Source: an uncultured Candidatus Saccharibacteria bacterium (GTDB taxonomy: Bacteria > Patescibacteriota > Minisyncoccia > Minisyncoccales > GWA2-38-27). From it: a stretch of 64,000 nt of DNA. Location: assembly GCA_964493085.1 (NCBI GenBank), contig CAZBLV010000013.1, positions 66,033-130,032 of the forward strand, written 5' to 3'. How positions within the stretch are numbered: the first letter of the stretch is position 1; every line of letters starts with the position of its first letter. A program made the translations under genes and the position numbers. The notes under the pieces are model-generated. The model saw nothing but the letters and a program-made list of their open reading frames with translations, was not told the DNA's origin and made no database searches. Below are positions 49,686 through 58,061 of the stretch, one piece after another.

Positions 49686-50919
49686 AACTTTATCAATTTC
49701 TCTTTCTCCTAATACGGAAAAAGATGACATCGTGCTGGCCCTTAAGCTGCTTTTTTCTCCTTGGAGATGGAAAAAAGGGGAATCCTGCAGTCGCCTGGAA
49801 GAGTGGATGACAAAGTATTTGGGAAGAAAGCACAATGTATCTTTTAACAGCGGAAGAAGTGCCCTTTTGGCCATATTAAGTTCTTTAGACTTAAAACGGC
49901 AAGAAGAGGTTCTTCTCCAGGTGCCTACCTGCAATGCTGCAGTCAACCCTATACTCTGGACCGGATTAAAACCGGTTTTTGTTGACAGCAAAAAAGACAC
50001 CTTTAATATTGATCCAGAAGATCTAGAAAGAAAAATTACAAGCAAGAGCAGGGCGATATTGGTTCAGCATACTTTTGGACTGCCTGCTGACGTGGAGAGA
50101 ATCCAAGAAATAGCAAAAAGAAACAATTTGATTTTAATAGAAGACTGCGCCCATTCTTTGGGAGCGGCCTATAAAGGAAAGAAAGTGGGGACTTTCGGCA
50201 AGGTTGCTTTTTTTAGTTTTTCCCGGGATAAAATCGTTTCTTCTGTTTACGGAGGCATGGCGTCAACTGACGATAATCTTTTAGCTCAAAAGATAAAATC
50301 TTTTCAAAAGAAAGCCGGCGATCCGTCTTCTTGCTGGATTTTTCAGCAGCTTATTCATCCTCTTTTATTTAACTGTGTTATTTTGCCAAGCTACGGATTT
50401 TTGAACATCGGAAAAGGTTTTTTGATTTTTTGCCAGCAGCTAAGAGTTCTTTCTAAGGCTGTCCACTGGAAAGAAAAGAGGGGAAGAAAACCCAGCTATT
50501 TTCCTAAAAAAATGCCCAATGCCTTAGCTATCTTAGCCTTAAAGCAACTCAAAAAGCTAGAAAGATTCAACGACCACAGGAAAAAAATAGCTGCTGTTTA
50601 TTACGACTTGCTAAAGGACTCTTCTTGGAATCTGCCTTATGTTCCGGAGAACAGAGAGCATGTTTTTTTAAGATTTACCCTGAAGTCTTCTAAGGCCCGT
50701 GAAACCATTAAAAAGGCCTGGGCCAGCAATATTTTAATAGGGGACTGGTATACAAGCCCCATTGTTCCTGATGATACTCAATTAGATAAAATGGGCTACC
50801 AAAAAGGAAGCTGTCCCAATGCAGAAGAATTATCCGCAATGATGCTTAATCTTCCCACTCATATTAATATTAAAAAAGAAGAAGCAATAAAAGTTGTTAA
50901 CTTTTTAAAGAAACAGTAG
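49678..50919 (+). CDS. DegT/DnrJ/EryC1/StrS-family PLP-dependent aminotransferase
   Basis: 413 aa with SGRSALL, IEDCAHSLGA, and FSFSRDKIVS (PLP Lys context). Confidence 0.85.
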   Translation: MSKTLSISLSPNTEKDDIVLALKLLFSPWRWKKGESCSRLEEWMTKYLGRKHNVSFNSGRSALLAILSSLDLKRQEEVLLQVPTCNAAVNPILWTGLKPVFVDSKKDTFNIDPEDLERKITSKSRAILVQHTFGLPADVERIQEIAKRNNLILIEDCAHSLGAAYKGKKVGTFGKVAFFSFSRDKIVSSVYGGMASTDDNLLAQKIKSFQKKAGDPSSCWIFQQLIHPLLFNCVILPSYGFLNIGKGFLIFCQQLRVLSKAVHWKEKRGRKPSYFPKKMPNALAILALKQLKKLERFNDHRKKIAAVYYDLLKDSSWNLPYVPENREHVFLRFTLKSSKARETIKKAWASNILIGDWYTSPIVPDDTQLDKMGYQKGSCPNAEELSAMMLNLPTHINIKKEEAIKVVNFLKKQ

Positions 50920-50922
50920 TTC

Positions 50923-51099
50923 TTAGATACGAAAGCTAAGTTCAGTTTTCAGAAAAAACAGAAAGGAGAAAATCCAACAACCAATAGGGTGATCCTTTAA
51001 TTTAGCTTTCCCCATCTTATTCTTTTTATCAATCTCATACAAAACCTTAAAGAAGCTTAAAAGCTTCATTGCTTGAGTGCGAGCTTCGTTGTCAGACAT
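50923..51099 (-). CDS. Candidate small ORF (58 aa, below ORF-track cutoff)
   Basis: My translation is MSDNEARTQAMKLLSFFKVLYEIDKKNKMGKAKLKDHPIGCWIFSFLFFLKTELSFRI. The SD-like GGGAAGGA lies 2 nt before the ATG, closer than optimal. No terminator was seen. Confidence 0.25.
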   Translation of the reverse strand: MSDNEARTQAMKLLSFFKVLYEIDKKNKMGKAKLKDHPIGCWIFSFLFFLKTELSFRI

Positions 51100-51183
51100 A
51101 TCCTTCCCGAAATCTTTTTTTATATATCTTCTTATATTCTTTGATGGGTTCTCCGGAGGGAGTTTTTTTATACAATTTATCTG

Positions 51184-51192
51184 TGATATAAT
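51184..51192 (+). promoter_or_regulatory. Extended -10 (TGaTATAAT) 7 nt upstream of femAB-like ATG
   Basis: TATAAT at 51187-92 and ATG at 51200. Confidence 0.5.
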
Positions 51193-51199
51193 ACTTAAG

Positions 51200-52228
51200 A
51201 TGATTGTAAAAGAAATAAAAGATAAAAGGATTTGGGAGGAATTTCTTTCAGGGTGCCCGGAAAAAACTTTTTTAAACTCTTGGAACTGGGGAGAGTTTCA
51301 GCAAAAACAGGGGAATAAAATATGGAGACTGGGCATTTATAAGAAGGGCTTGGTTGGAGTGAGCTTGGCAATAAAAATTGAAGCCAAGAGAGGAACTTTT
51401 TTGTTTTTGCCGCACGGACCCAATATTAAAAACATGGCCGATAGCAAGGAGGTTTTAAATGTTTTGATTCCTTATTTAAAAAAGATAAAGGCTGGTTTTA
51501 TCAGGGTAGCCCCGATTTGGCAAAGGAACCAGGAAAATATAGATATTTTTAAAAACATGGGCTTTAAAGAGTCGCCTCTTCACATTCATCCGGAAGTAAC
51601 CTGGGAATTGGATATCCGACCTTCTGAAGAAGAAGTAACGGCAAACATGAGAAAGACTACCAGATATTTGTCCAGAAAAGCGGAAAGAAGCAAGGATATC
51701 AACATAATTAAGAGCAAAGACATTAAAGACCTGGAAAAATTTAACGAGGTTTATAAAGAAACCGCCAAAAGGCATAATTTTGTGCCTTTTTCTCTTGATT
51801 ATTTAAGGAACCAGTTTAATTCTTTTATTCAGGACGATCAGATTCTGATAATGCTCGGGGAATATAAGGGAAAAGTGGTTTCTTCTGCAGTGCTGGTTTA
51901 TTGGCAGAACATTGGCTTTTACCACCATGGAGCCTCTTTATCCGAATACAGGAAAATACCAGTCTCATACCTGCTTCAATGGGAAGCCATAAGAGAAGCC
52001 AAAACAAGGGGATGCCATAGTTATAATTTTTGGGGCATAGCTCCGGACATAAAGAAAAAAGAAGATTTATCCAAGTCCTCTCATCCTTGGGCCGGGATTA
52101 CGCTTTTTAAAATGGGCTTTGGGGGGAAAATCAAAGAATACGTTAAAACCCAGGATTTTCCTCTTTCTTTAACCTGTTATCTTACTCGCCTTTTTGAAAT
52201 GGCGAGGAAAAAGAAAAGAGGCTTATGA
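51200..52228 (+). CDS. FemAB-family peptidoglycan interpeptide-bridge aminoacyltransferase
   Basis: 342 aa from MIVKEIKDKRIWEEFL, with FLNSWNWGEFQ, MRKTTRY and YHHGASL typical of FemX/FemAB. The track start 51077 is a junk extension. Confidence 0.85.
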   Translation: MIVKEIKDKRIWEEFLSGCPEKTFLNSWNWGEFQQKQGNKIWRLGIYKKGLVGVSLAIKIEAKRGTFLFLPHGPNIKNMADSKEVLNVLIPYLKKIKAGFIRVAPIWQRNQENIDIFKNMGFKESPLHIHPEVTWELDIRPSEEEVTANMRKTTRYLSRKAERSKDINIIKSKDIKDLEKFNEVYKETAKRHNFVPFSLDYLRNQFNSFIQDDQILIMLGEYKGKVVSSAVLVYWQNIGFYHHGASLSEYRKIPVSYLLQWEAIREAKTRGCHSYNFWGIAPDIKKKEDLSKSSHPWAGITLFKMGFGGKIKEYVKTQDFPLSLTCYLTRLFEMARKKKRGL

Positions 52229-53016
52229 AAAAGAAAAAACAAGGATATAGAAAGTCTTTCCGAACTAAAAAAAGGAAGTCTATTCTAAGATCCCGGGTTT
52301 TTTGGATTGTTCTTCTGACCGCTTTAGCCTCTGCAGGACTTTTTTATCTTCTTTTTATTTCCTCGGTCTTTCAAATAAAAGAAATTAAAATTTCTGGCAA
52401 CAACAAGGTTTCGTCCGAAGAAATAAGAGAGATTGTAGAAAAAAACAGCGAGAGAAAAGTTGTTTTCTTTTCTTCGAAGAGCATTTTTTTTAACGGGTTT
52501 TCAGAAAGCAAAAAGGAAATCAAAAATTCATTTCCCTTGGTTGCTGAAGTAGAAATCAGCAGGCGCTTGCCCGGCCTTTTGGAAGTATCAATAAAAGAAA
52601 GGCTTGCAGTAGCTACTTGGCGATTTGAAGAAGAATCTCTCTTTTTGGACAAAGAAGGCGTCGTCTTTGAAAAAAGCGAAGAAGTTAAAAAGCCCGTTAT
52701 TAGAGGAGGCCAGAGGGTTTCTTTGGGGGAAAGTGCTATAAAAAGCACTCTGTTGGAAGATATCTTAGAGATAAACAACAGACTGGAAAGAGAGGAGGTA
52801 GAAATTAGAGAGTTTCTTGTTTCTTATCCGAAAATATGCGTTAAGACTCAAAAGGGATGGGAAGTTTATTTCGACGCTGAAGGCAATATTGCCACCCAAA
52901 CCGCCAACCTTGTTCTGGCGCTTAAAGAAGAAATTCCTCAATCCGAGAGGGACAGGCTTGAATACATCGACCTTAGGTTCAAAGAGAGGATTTTCTATAA
53001 ATTTAGGGAAACCTAA
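52225..53016 (+). CDS. ftsQ: Cell-division protein FtsQ/DivIB-like (POTRA)
   Basis: 263 aa with a basic N-terminus, one TM helix and a POTRA domain (FQIKEIKISGNNKVSSEEI). It shares an ATGA overlap with the femAB-like gene. Confidence 0.75.
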   Translation: MKKKKQGYRKSFRTKKRKSILRSRVFWIVLLTALASAGLFYLLFISSVFQIKEIKISGNNKVSSEEIREIVEKNSERKVVFFSSKSIFFNGFSESKKEIKNSFPLVAEVEISRRLPGLLEVSIKERLAVATWRFEEESLFLDKEGVVFEKSEEVKKPVIRGGQRVSLGESAIKSTLLEDILEINNRLEREEVEIREFLVSYPKICVKTQKGWEVYFDAEGNIATQTANLVLALKEEIPQSERDRLEYIDLRFKERIFYKFRET

Positions 53017-54779
53017 TCAATGCGATAGACGAAAATGGAATAGCCGATTTTCTTTATCGGCTGATATTTATTAAGCCACTTATAATAATCAGTGGGTTCA
53101 TTGAAGCCGGGGCCCGGTTTTGATCGTCCTCCCTGCAGAAGGGTGGCAGAAACCGCCAAGTAGTCTCCCTTGGAAAGATCTTCCGGGCTTCGGCTTCCCC
53201 ACCAAGGAGCGTATTTTTCTCCCAGATAATATTTGGCGTCAGCACCGCCGAAATAATCAAGGTGAATTTTTTCTATATTATTATCTTCTACCCAATAGCT
53301 CAATCTTCTTAAGTCCTGCCCCCAGTCTAAATTAGAATCTACCACGTATTCGTATCCTTTTTCCGGTCCGCCCGCAAGTTCATTGAAGTAGGCAATAAAG
53401 TGAGGATAAACACTAAGTACGGAATAAGCCTGGAAAATTAAAAACCAGAGAACAAGACCCTTTTTAAGCTTACTGTAAGGAGGCTTCAAAAACAAAGAGA
53501 TGGTTCCCCCCACTAACAGGATTGCAAAAGGAAAGGTGGGCAAAAGGTGCCTGACTCCGATATTGAGATTGCCCCTTAAGATCGCCGTCCAATAGATTAT
53601 TATAAAGAAAATTATGGCAGATTCGGTGAAATGGTTTCTGAGCCAAGACCATATTCTTTTTTTTGCGTTAACCCAGAAAGGCTTTTCTATCAGCCAGAGG
53701 GCGTACAGAAGAGCCAATAAGGAAAAAAGATGAAAAGTGATCGTTTCTTTTATTAAATAAACGGTGGGAAAATAATCTTTCCAGGCCTTACTGGCGACTT
53801 CGCCGTTAAAGTAGGTAGTGTTTCCGCCGGCAGACCTTTGGAAATTCATTGATATTCCAAAAGCATACTGGCCGAGGGGCCTTATTACTGGCTTGTCAGC
53901 GGCCCAGACAATAGCATCGGCCCAAGACTTTTCTGAAACAGGGAGTACTTTTGCCGTGTCTTCCGCCTGTTTTTCCGGAGGATAATTCCAGGTATGAAAA
54001 GCATAAACTACCCAGATTATACAGACAGCAATGCCAAAGATAGTTAAAAGCCAAACAAGATGTTTTCCGAAAATCCTCCAAAAATCTTTAAATCTTGCTG
54101 AATGAAGAGCCGAATAAGCTATTATCAAACAACCGAAAAAAGGAAAAAGAATAATCGCAGAAAACTTTAAAAGCTCTGCTATGCCTAAGGCAATGCCTAC
54201 AAAAACCAAATTTTTCTTCGACTTGTTTTTTAAGAAATTAATAAAATAAAAGGTAGCAATAAACATTCCTGCAGCTGCCACCAAGTCTGTATTAACAAGA
54301 CGCCCGTGAGCTAGAAGAGTGGGGGAGAAAGAGTACAGAAAAAGAGCCAAAAGAGCAGCGTTGTTATTGAATAGCTTTTTTGTCCAAAGGAAAACAAACA
54401 ACCCTAAAAAGATCAAGACTGCGATCATCGGCATCCTTCCCCAAAATATTATTTTTTCTGCCGGATTGCCGCTTTTGTATAAGAATTTATTTCCAAAAAC
54501 CCACTGCCGTCCGTTTATAATATCTTCCTGCCAGCTTTTATCTTCTTTAGGGAAATTTATCTCATCAATAAACAAAAGGGGGACCGCTGCCAGGGATTTA
54601 CCCAAGGGAGGATGCTCTGGGTTCATTCTCATGTCTTGCTGGGTTAAATAAGAATATCCTGCTGGAAGATGGGCTGTTTCGTCAAAGGTAAGAGAATCGT
54701 CTTTAGCGCTGCTGACAGCCATCACTGAAACAAAGATTAAAAGCAACCCGGCTATTAAATAAGTTATCTTATTGGACAT
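53013..54779 (-). CDS. ArnT/PMT-like (GT39/GT83-type) lipid-carrier-dependent glycosyltransferase
   Basis: 588 aa with more than 10 TM helices, the N-terminal loop DDSLTFDETAHLPAGYSY (DE motif), and a soluble C-terminal domain. Confidence 0.8.
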   Translation of the reverse strand: MSNKITYLIAGLLLIFVSVMAVSSAKDDSLTFDETAHLPAGYSYLTQQDMRMNPEHPPLGKSLAAVPLLFIDEINFPKEDKSWQEDIINGRQWVFGNKFLYKSGNPAEKIIFWGRMPMIAVLIFLGLFVFLWTKKLFNNNAALLALFLYSFSPTLLAHGRLVNTDLVAAAGMFIATFYFINFLKNKSKKNLVFVGIALGIAELLKFSAIILFPFFGCLIIAYSALHSARFKDFWRIFGKHLVWLLTIFGIAVCIIWVVYAFHTWNYPPEKQAEDTAKVLPVSEKSWADAIVWAADKPVIRPLGQYAFGISMNFQRSAGGNTTYFNGEVASKAWKDYFPTVYLIKETITFHLFSLLALLYALWLIEKPFWVNAKKRIWSWLRNHFTESAIIFFIIIYWTAILRGNLNIGVRHLLPTFPFAILLVGGTISLFLKPPYSKLKKGLVLWFLIFQAYSVLSVYPHFIAYFNELAGGPEKGYEYVVDSNLDWGQDLRRLSYWVEDNNIEKIHLDYFGGADAKYYLGEKYAPWWGSRSPEDLSKGDYLAVSATLLQGGRSKPGPGFNEPTDYYKWLNKYQPIKKIGYSIFVYRID

Positions 54780-56286
54780 ATTGTTTTATTTTAAAAACCC
54801 AAAAACCTGCTATTTTTTCCGTTTTCGCCTCCGGGAATTTAGAATGAAGCTCAAGGAGAAGTCCTTTTTCCTCTTTTGTAATAACGACGATAAGGCCCTC
54901 CTTTTCTATTTTAATTTTATCAATTTCGTTTGGCAACAAATAATTGGTTTTAATCTGCCCCTTTTCTGATTTTTCCAGAAACTTTAAGGTTTCCACTGTT
55001 ACCGGATAAACAAAGACGTATTTCTCTCCGCATTCGGAATTAAGGTAATTGCCGACATCCACCAGATCTTTTGAAAAAGCTGATTCTACTTCCGGCCTTT
55101 TGGCCCAGTTATAAAAATACTTGTTGGCCTGAAAGAAAGCTAAAACTAAGGCCAGAATAGCTAATGAGGCTAAAACAAGCTTCTTCTTGGGCATTTTTTC
55201 AATCAGCCAATTGCAGCTCAATCCGCAAAGAATGTAAACAGGAGGAATTACTCCCAAGACTCTCAAGGCATGGGGTATGCCTTCAGCGCTTAAAAAGCCG
55301 GGCAAAAGCATTATTAAAAACCAAGAAAGTAGGAAAAAATGAATCATAAAAAGCGAACAATCCTTTCTTTTCAAAGAATAGATAAATTCTTTCAAAGAGT
55401 AAAACAAGCCTAAAAGAAAAAGAATTCCAACCGGCCAAAACAAAAGAGGAGACTCTGAAAAATTGTGCCGCCAATTGCCGTCGCCATAAAAATTGAACAT
55501 TCCCAAGTGAAGAATCACCGATTCTCCCAATTTTTTCAGCGGCTCCGGATGACTAAAGACGGAAACACCGCCGGCCCGTCCGAAAAAGTCTTCGGTATTT
55601 AAAAAGAAATAATAGCCGATAGGAAGAGATGACAAAAAAACAAAAATTAAAAGGACGGCTGCAGCTTTTGAAAAAAGCCCTAAATCCTTTTTCATCATCA
55701 AAAACCAGCTGAACAGAACGATTAATCCCAAAACAACGACAAACCGATAGGAAATATAAGTGTAAAAGCCAAGGCCTAAAAAAACACCTGCCAAGGCCAA
55801 ATGCAAATAATAAATTTTCTTTTTAGAGACTCCCTTAAAGCCCTTAAAAAGGAAATAAAAGCCAAAAGACATTAAAAGGGGCATTAAAATAGCTCGAAAA
55901 CCGATCCGGGAAAAATTGATGTGCCAGAAAGATATTGCCAGAAAAAAAGACGACAAAAGAGCTATCTTTTCTTTTTTAAAAAGTTCTTTAGCTAAAAGAT
56001 AGGTTCCTAAAATGGTTAGAGTGCCGAAGAAGGCAGGCACCAATCTAAAAGACCAAACAGAAGCACCGAAGAGATAATAAGAAAAAGAAAGAAGCCAAAT
56101 AAAGAGTCCCTCCCGGCCGTTGTTGTCAGGATAAAAGACTTTAAATTCTCCTTTTAGGGCATCGTTGGCGTTGACTGCTTCGTCAGGATAAAAGCCCGGC
56201 GGGACAGAATCGAGGCCATAAAACCTTAAAAAAGCTCCTAGGGCCAGTATAAAGAGAAGAATTATTATAACTGTTTTCTTTCGCAT
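54769..56286 (-). CDS. ArnT/PMT-like glycosyltransferase (second paralog)
   Basis: About 505 aa from MRKKTVIIILL, with GFYPDEAVNANDAL in the first loop, and polytopic. Start 56286 is supported by TGcTATAAT (56301-56293) 6 nt upstream. Confidence 0.75.
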   Translation of the reverse strand: MRKKTVIIILLFILALGAFLRFYGLDSVPPGFYPDEAVNANDALKGEFKVFYPDNNGREGLFIWLLSFSYYLFGASVWSFRLVPAFFGTLTILGTYLLAKELFKKEKIALLSSFFLAISFWHINFSRIGFRAILMPLLMSFGFYFLFKGFKGVSKKKIYYLHLALAGVFLGLGFYTYISYRFVVVLGLIVLFSWFLMMKKDLGLFSKAAAVLLIFVFLSSLPIGYYFFLNTEDFFGRAGGVSVFSHPEPLKKLGESVILHLGMFNFYGDGNWRHNFSESPLLFWPVGILFLLGLFYSLKEFIYSLKRKDCSLFMIHFFLLSWFLIMLLPGFLSAEGIPHALRVLGVIPPVYILCGLSCNWLIEKMPKKKLVLASLAILALVLAFFQANKYFYNWAKRPEVESAFSKDLVDVGNYLNSECGEKYVFVYPVTVETLKFLEKSEKGQIKTNYLLPNEIDKIKIEKEGLIVVITKEEKGLLLELHSKFPEAKTEKIAGFWVFKIKQYVQ

Positions 56287-56292
56287 TAAGAT

Positions 56293-56301
56293 ATTATAGC
56301 A
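56293..56301 (-). promoter_or_regulatory. Extended -10 (TGcTATAAT) 6 nt upstream of ATG 56286
   Basis: The minus strand reads TGCTATAAT-ATCTTA-ATG. Confidence 0.5.
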
Positions 56302-56329
56302 GAAAACAAAAAAAACCAATAATTTTCTT

Positions 56330-56356
56330 TTGTCACTCTTGACACTTGAGTGCTAA
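56330..56356 (+). promoter_or_regulatory. CIRCE operator (HrcA binding site)
   Basis: The sequence is TTGTCACTC-N9-GAGTGCTAA, against the consensus TTAGCACTC-N9-GAGTGCTAA, directly upstream of hrcA. Confidence 0.8.
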
Positions 56357-56367
56357 TTTTTTAAAAT
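56339..56367 (+). promoter_or_regulatory. Sigma70-type promoter TTGACA-N17-TAAAAT embedded in CIRCE
   Basis: TTGACA at 56339-44 lies in the CIRCE spacer. TAAAAT is at 56362-67 and the hrcA ATG at 56374, 6 nt later. Confidence 0.55.
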
Positions 56368-56373
56368 AAGAAT

Positions 56374-57090
56374 ATGAAAGGCCTAAGCCAAAGACAAGAA
56401 GACCTGTTGGGCGTCTTAATTAAAGACTATATCGATACTGCTAAGCCAGTTAGCTCAAAGCGTCTTCAGAAAAAATACAACCTTGATGTTTGCTCTGCCA
56501 CGCTAAGAGGGGAGATGCAAAAGCTGTCAGAACGAGGATATCTTAGGCAACCCCATATTTCTTCCGGCAGAGTGCCCACCAATAAAGCGTACCGGTTCTT
56601 TGTCGACCGAATACTGAAAGAAGATTGGGAAGAAAGTCCTGATATTTGCCTGGAAGAGCTAAAAGGGTTTGAGCAGGACATTTTCAAATTCACGGAGCTT
56701 GTTACAAGGGCTTTGGCCAAAAGTTCATCCAGTTTGGTAATAGCTTGCCTTTTAAGCAAGGGGCTTTTATGGGAAGAGGGATGGGAAGACGTTTTCCAAA
56801 TTCCGGAATTTGAAGAAAGGGCATTCAGAAATAAGTTTGTGAGAGAGGCCGAATCGCTGAAGAAAAAGATTAGAGATTTTTCCAGTTTGCCAGAAAGCAT
56901 TGATGTCTATGTCGGCAAGGAAGGATCGATTCTAGGCTCGCAAGACATTAGCTTAATAATCACTAAAAGCAGTTTTCCTGACAAAGAAGAGGGAATGATT
57001 GCTGTTTTGGGGCCGAATAGAATGCCATATGACAAAAATATTAGTACAATAAATTCTTTAATAAATTTACTAAACTATTTTAATGACTGA
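56374..57090 (+). CDS. hrcA: Heat-inducible transcription repressor HrcA (short form)
   Basis: 238 aa with the winged-helix N-terminus RQEDLLGVLIKDYIDTAKPVSSKRL...SATLRGEMQKLSERGYLRQPHISSGRVPT. Confidence 0.9.
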   Translation: MKGLSQRQEDLLGVLIKDYIDTAKPVSSKRLQKKYNLDVCSATLRGEMQKLSERGYLRQPHISSGRVPTNKAYRFFVDRILKEDWEESPDICLEELKGFEQDIFKFTELVTRALAKSSSSLVIACLLSKGLLWEEGWEDVFQIPEFEERAFRNKFVREAESLKKKIRDFSSLPESIDVYVGKEGSILGSQDISLIITKSSFPDKEEGMIAVLGPNRMPYDKNISTINSLINLLNYFND

Positions 57091-57544
57091 AAAAAAAGAA
57101 AATTTCGAGCAATGCAAAAAAGAGAGGGATCAGTATTTAAAAGGATGGAAAAGATCCCAGGCTGACTTGCTTAACTACAAAAAAGAGGAAAGCCAAAGAA
57201 TGGCAGGAATAGCAAGATATGAAAGAGAGAAAATAATAAAAGAATTGATAGGAATCTTAGATGATATATTTTTGGCAGAAAAAGCCATCCCGCAGGACAA
57301 AATGAAAAATGCCTGGGTAAAAGGAATTCTGGGAATCAAAAAGCAGATCGAGTCTTTTTTCGAAAGAATGGGCGTAGAAAAAATAGATTCGGTGGGCAAG
57401 CCCTTTGATCCCAGGTTTCACGAAGCAGTTGAAATGACAGAAAACAAAAAAAGAGATTCTGGAACCGTAGCAGAGGAAGTAAAGAGAGGGTATAAAATAG
57501 GAGATGAAGTAATAGCTCCTGCTAAAGTAAAGGTCGTAAAATAA
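57083..57544 (+). CDS. grpE: Nucleotide exchange factor GrpE
   Basis: 153 aa with RSQADLLNYKKE and GKPFDPRFHEAV. Confidence 0.9.
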   Translation: MTEKKENFEQCKKERDQYLKGWKRSQADLLNYKKEESQRMAGIARYEREKIIKELIGILDDIFLAEKAIPQDKMKNAWVKGILGIKKQIESFFERMGVEKIDSVGKPFDPRFHEAVEMTENKKRDSGTVAEEVKRGYKIGDEVIAPAKVKVVK

Positions 57545-57591
57545 AAAATTAACTTTCAGCAGCCGCCAAGAACGGTTGCGGAAAAACTAAT

Positions 57592-58017
57592 ATGCCGCTC
57601 GTACCATGGAGACCATTTAAAGACCTCGAAAACTTTTTTGAAGCTTTGGAGCCGACCGCAGAGGAGGGCGGAACAGTTTCTCCGAAGCTGAATGTTTACG
57701 AGACCAAAAAAGACGTTGTAGCAGAAGCAGAATTGCCGGGCATAAAGCCTGAAGACGTTGACATTGAAATTAAAGACAATGTCTTAAAAATTGAAGCAAG
57801 AACAGAAAAGAAAGAAGAAAAAGAAGAAAAGGGTTATTACAGAAGAGAGTTTAGCCGGGGTTTTTACAGAAGAGTAACGCCTTTGCCTGTAGAAGTTAAA
57901 GACGACAAAGCTGAGGCAAGCTATGAAAACGGGGTCCTTACCGTAAAGATGCCCAAGGTTGAGATTAGCCAGAAAGAAAAGAAAGGCAAAAAGATAAAAA
58001 TTAAAAGCAAGAAATAG
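57592..58017 (+). CDS. Small heat-shock protein (Hsp20/alpha-crystallin)
   Basis: 141 aa with [22 protein letters not shown], the [12 protein letters not shown]-like segment, and [14 protein letters not shown]. Confidence 0.9.
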   Translation: MPLVPWRPFKDLENFFEALEPTAEEGGTVSPKLNVYETKKDVVAEAELPGIKPEDVDIEIKDNVLKIEARTEKKEEKEEKGYYRREFSRGFYRRVTPLPVEVKDDKAEASYENGVLTVKMPKVEISQKEKKGKKIKIKSKK

Positions 58018-58023
58018 TCTTCA

Positions 58024-58061
58024 GCCCGCAGATAGTGCCGCCAGGCATTAAATCTGCGGGC
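58024..58061 (+). other. Intergenic 10-bp hairpin between hsp20 and dnaK
   Basis: GCCCGCAGAT (58024-33) pairs with ATCTGCGGGC (58052-61) around an 18-nt loop, with no T-run after it. It lies 13 nt upstream of the dnaK ATG. Confidence 0.4.
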
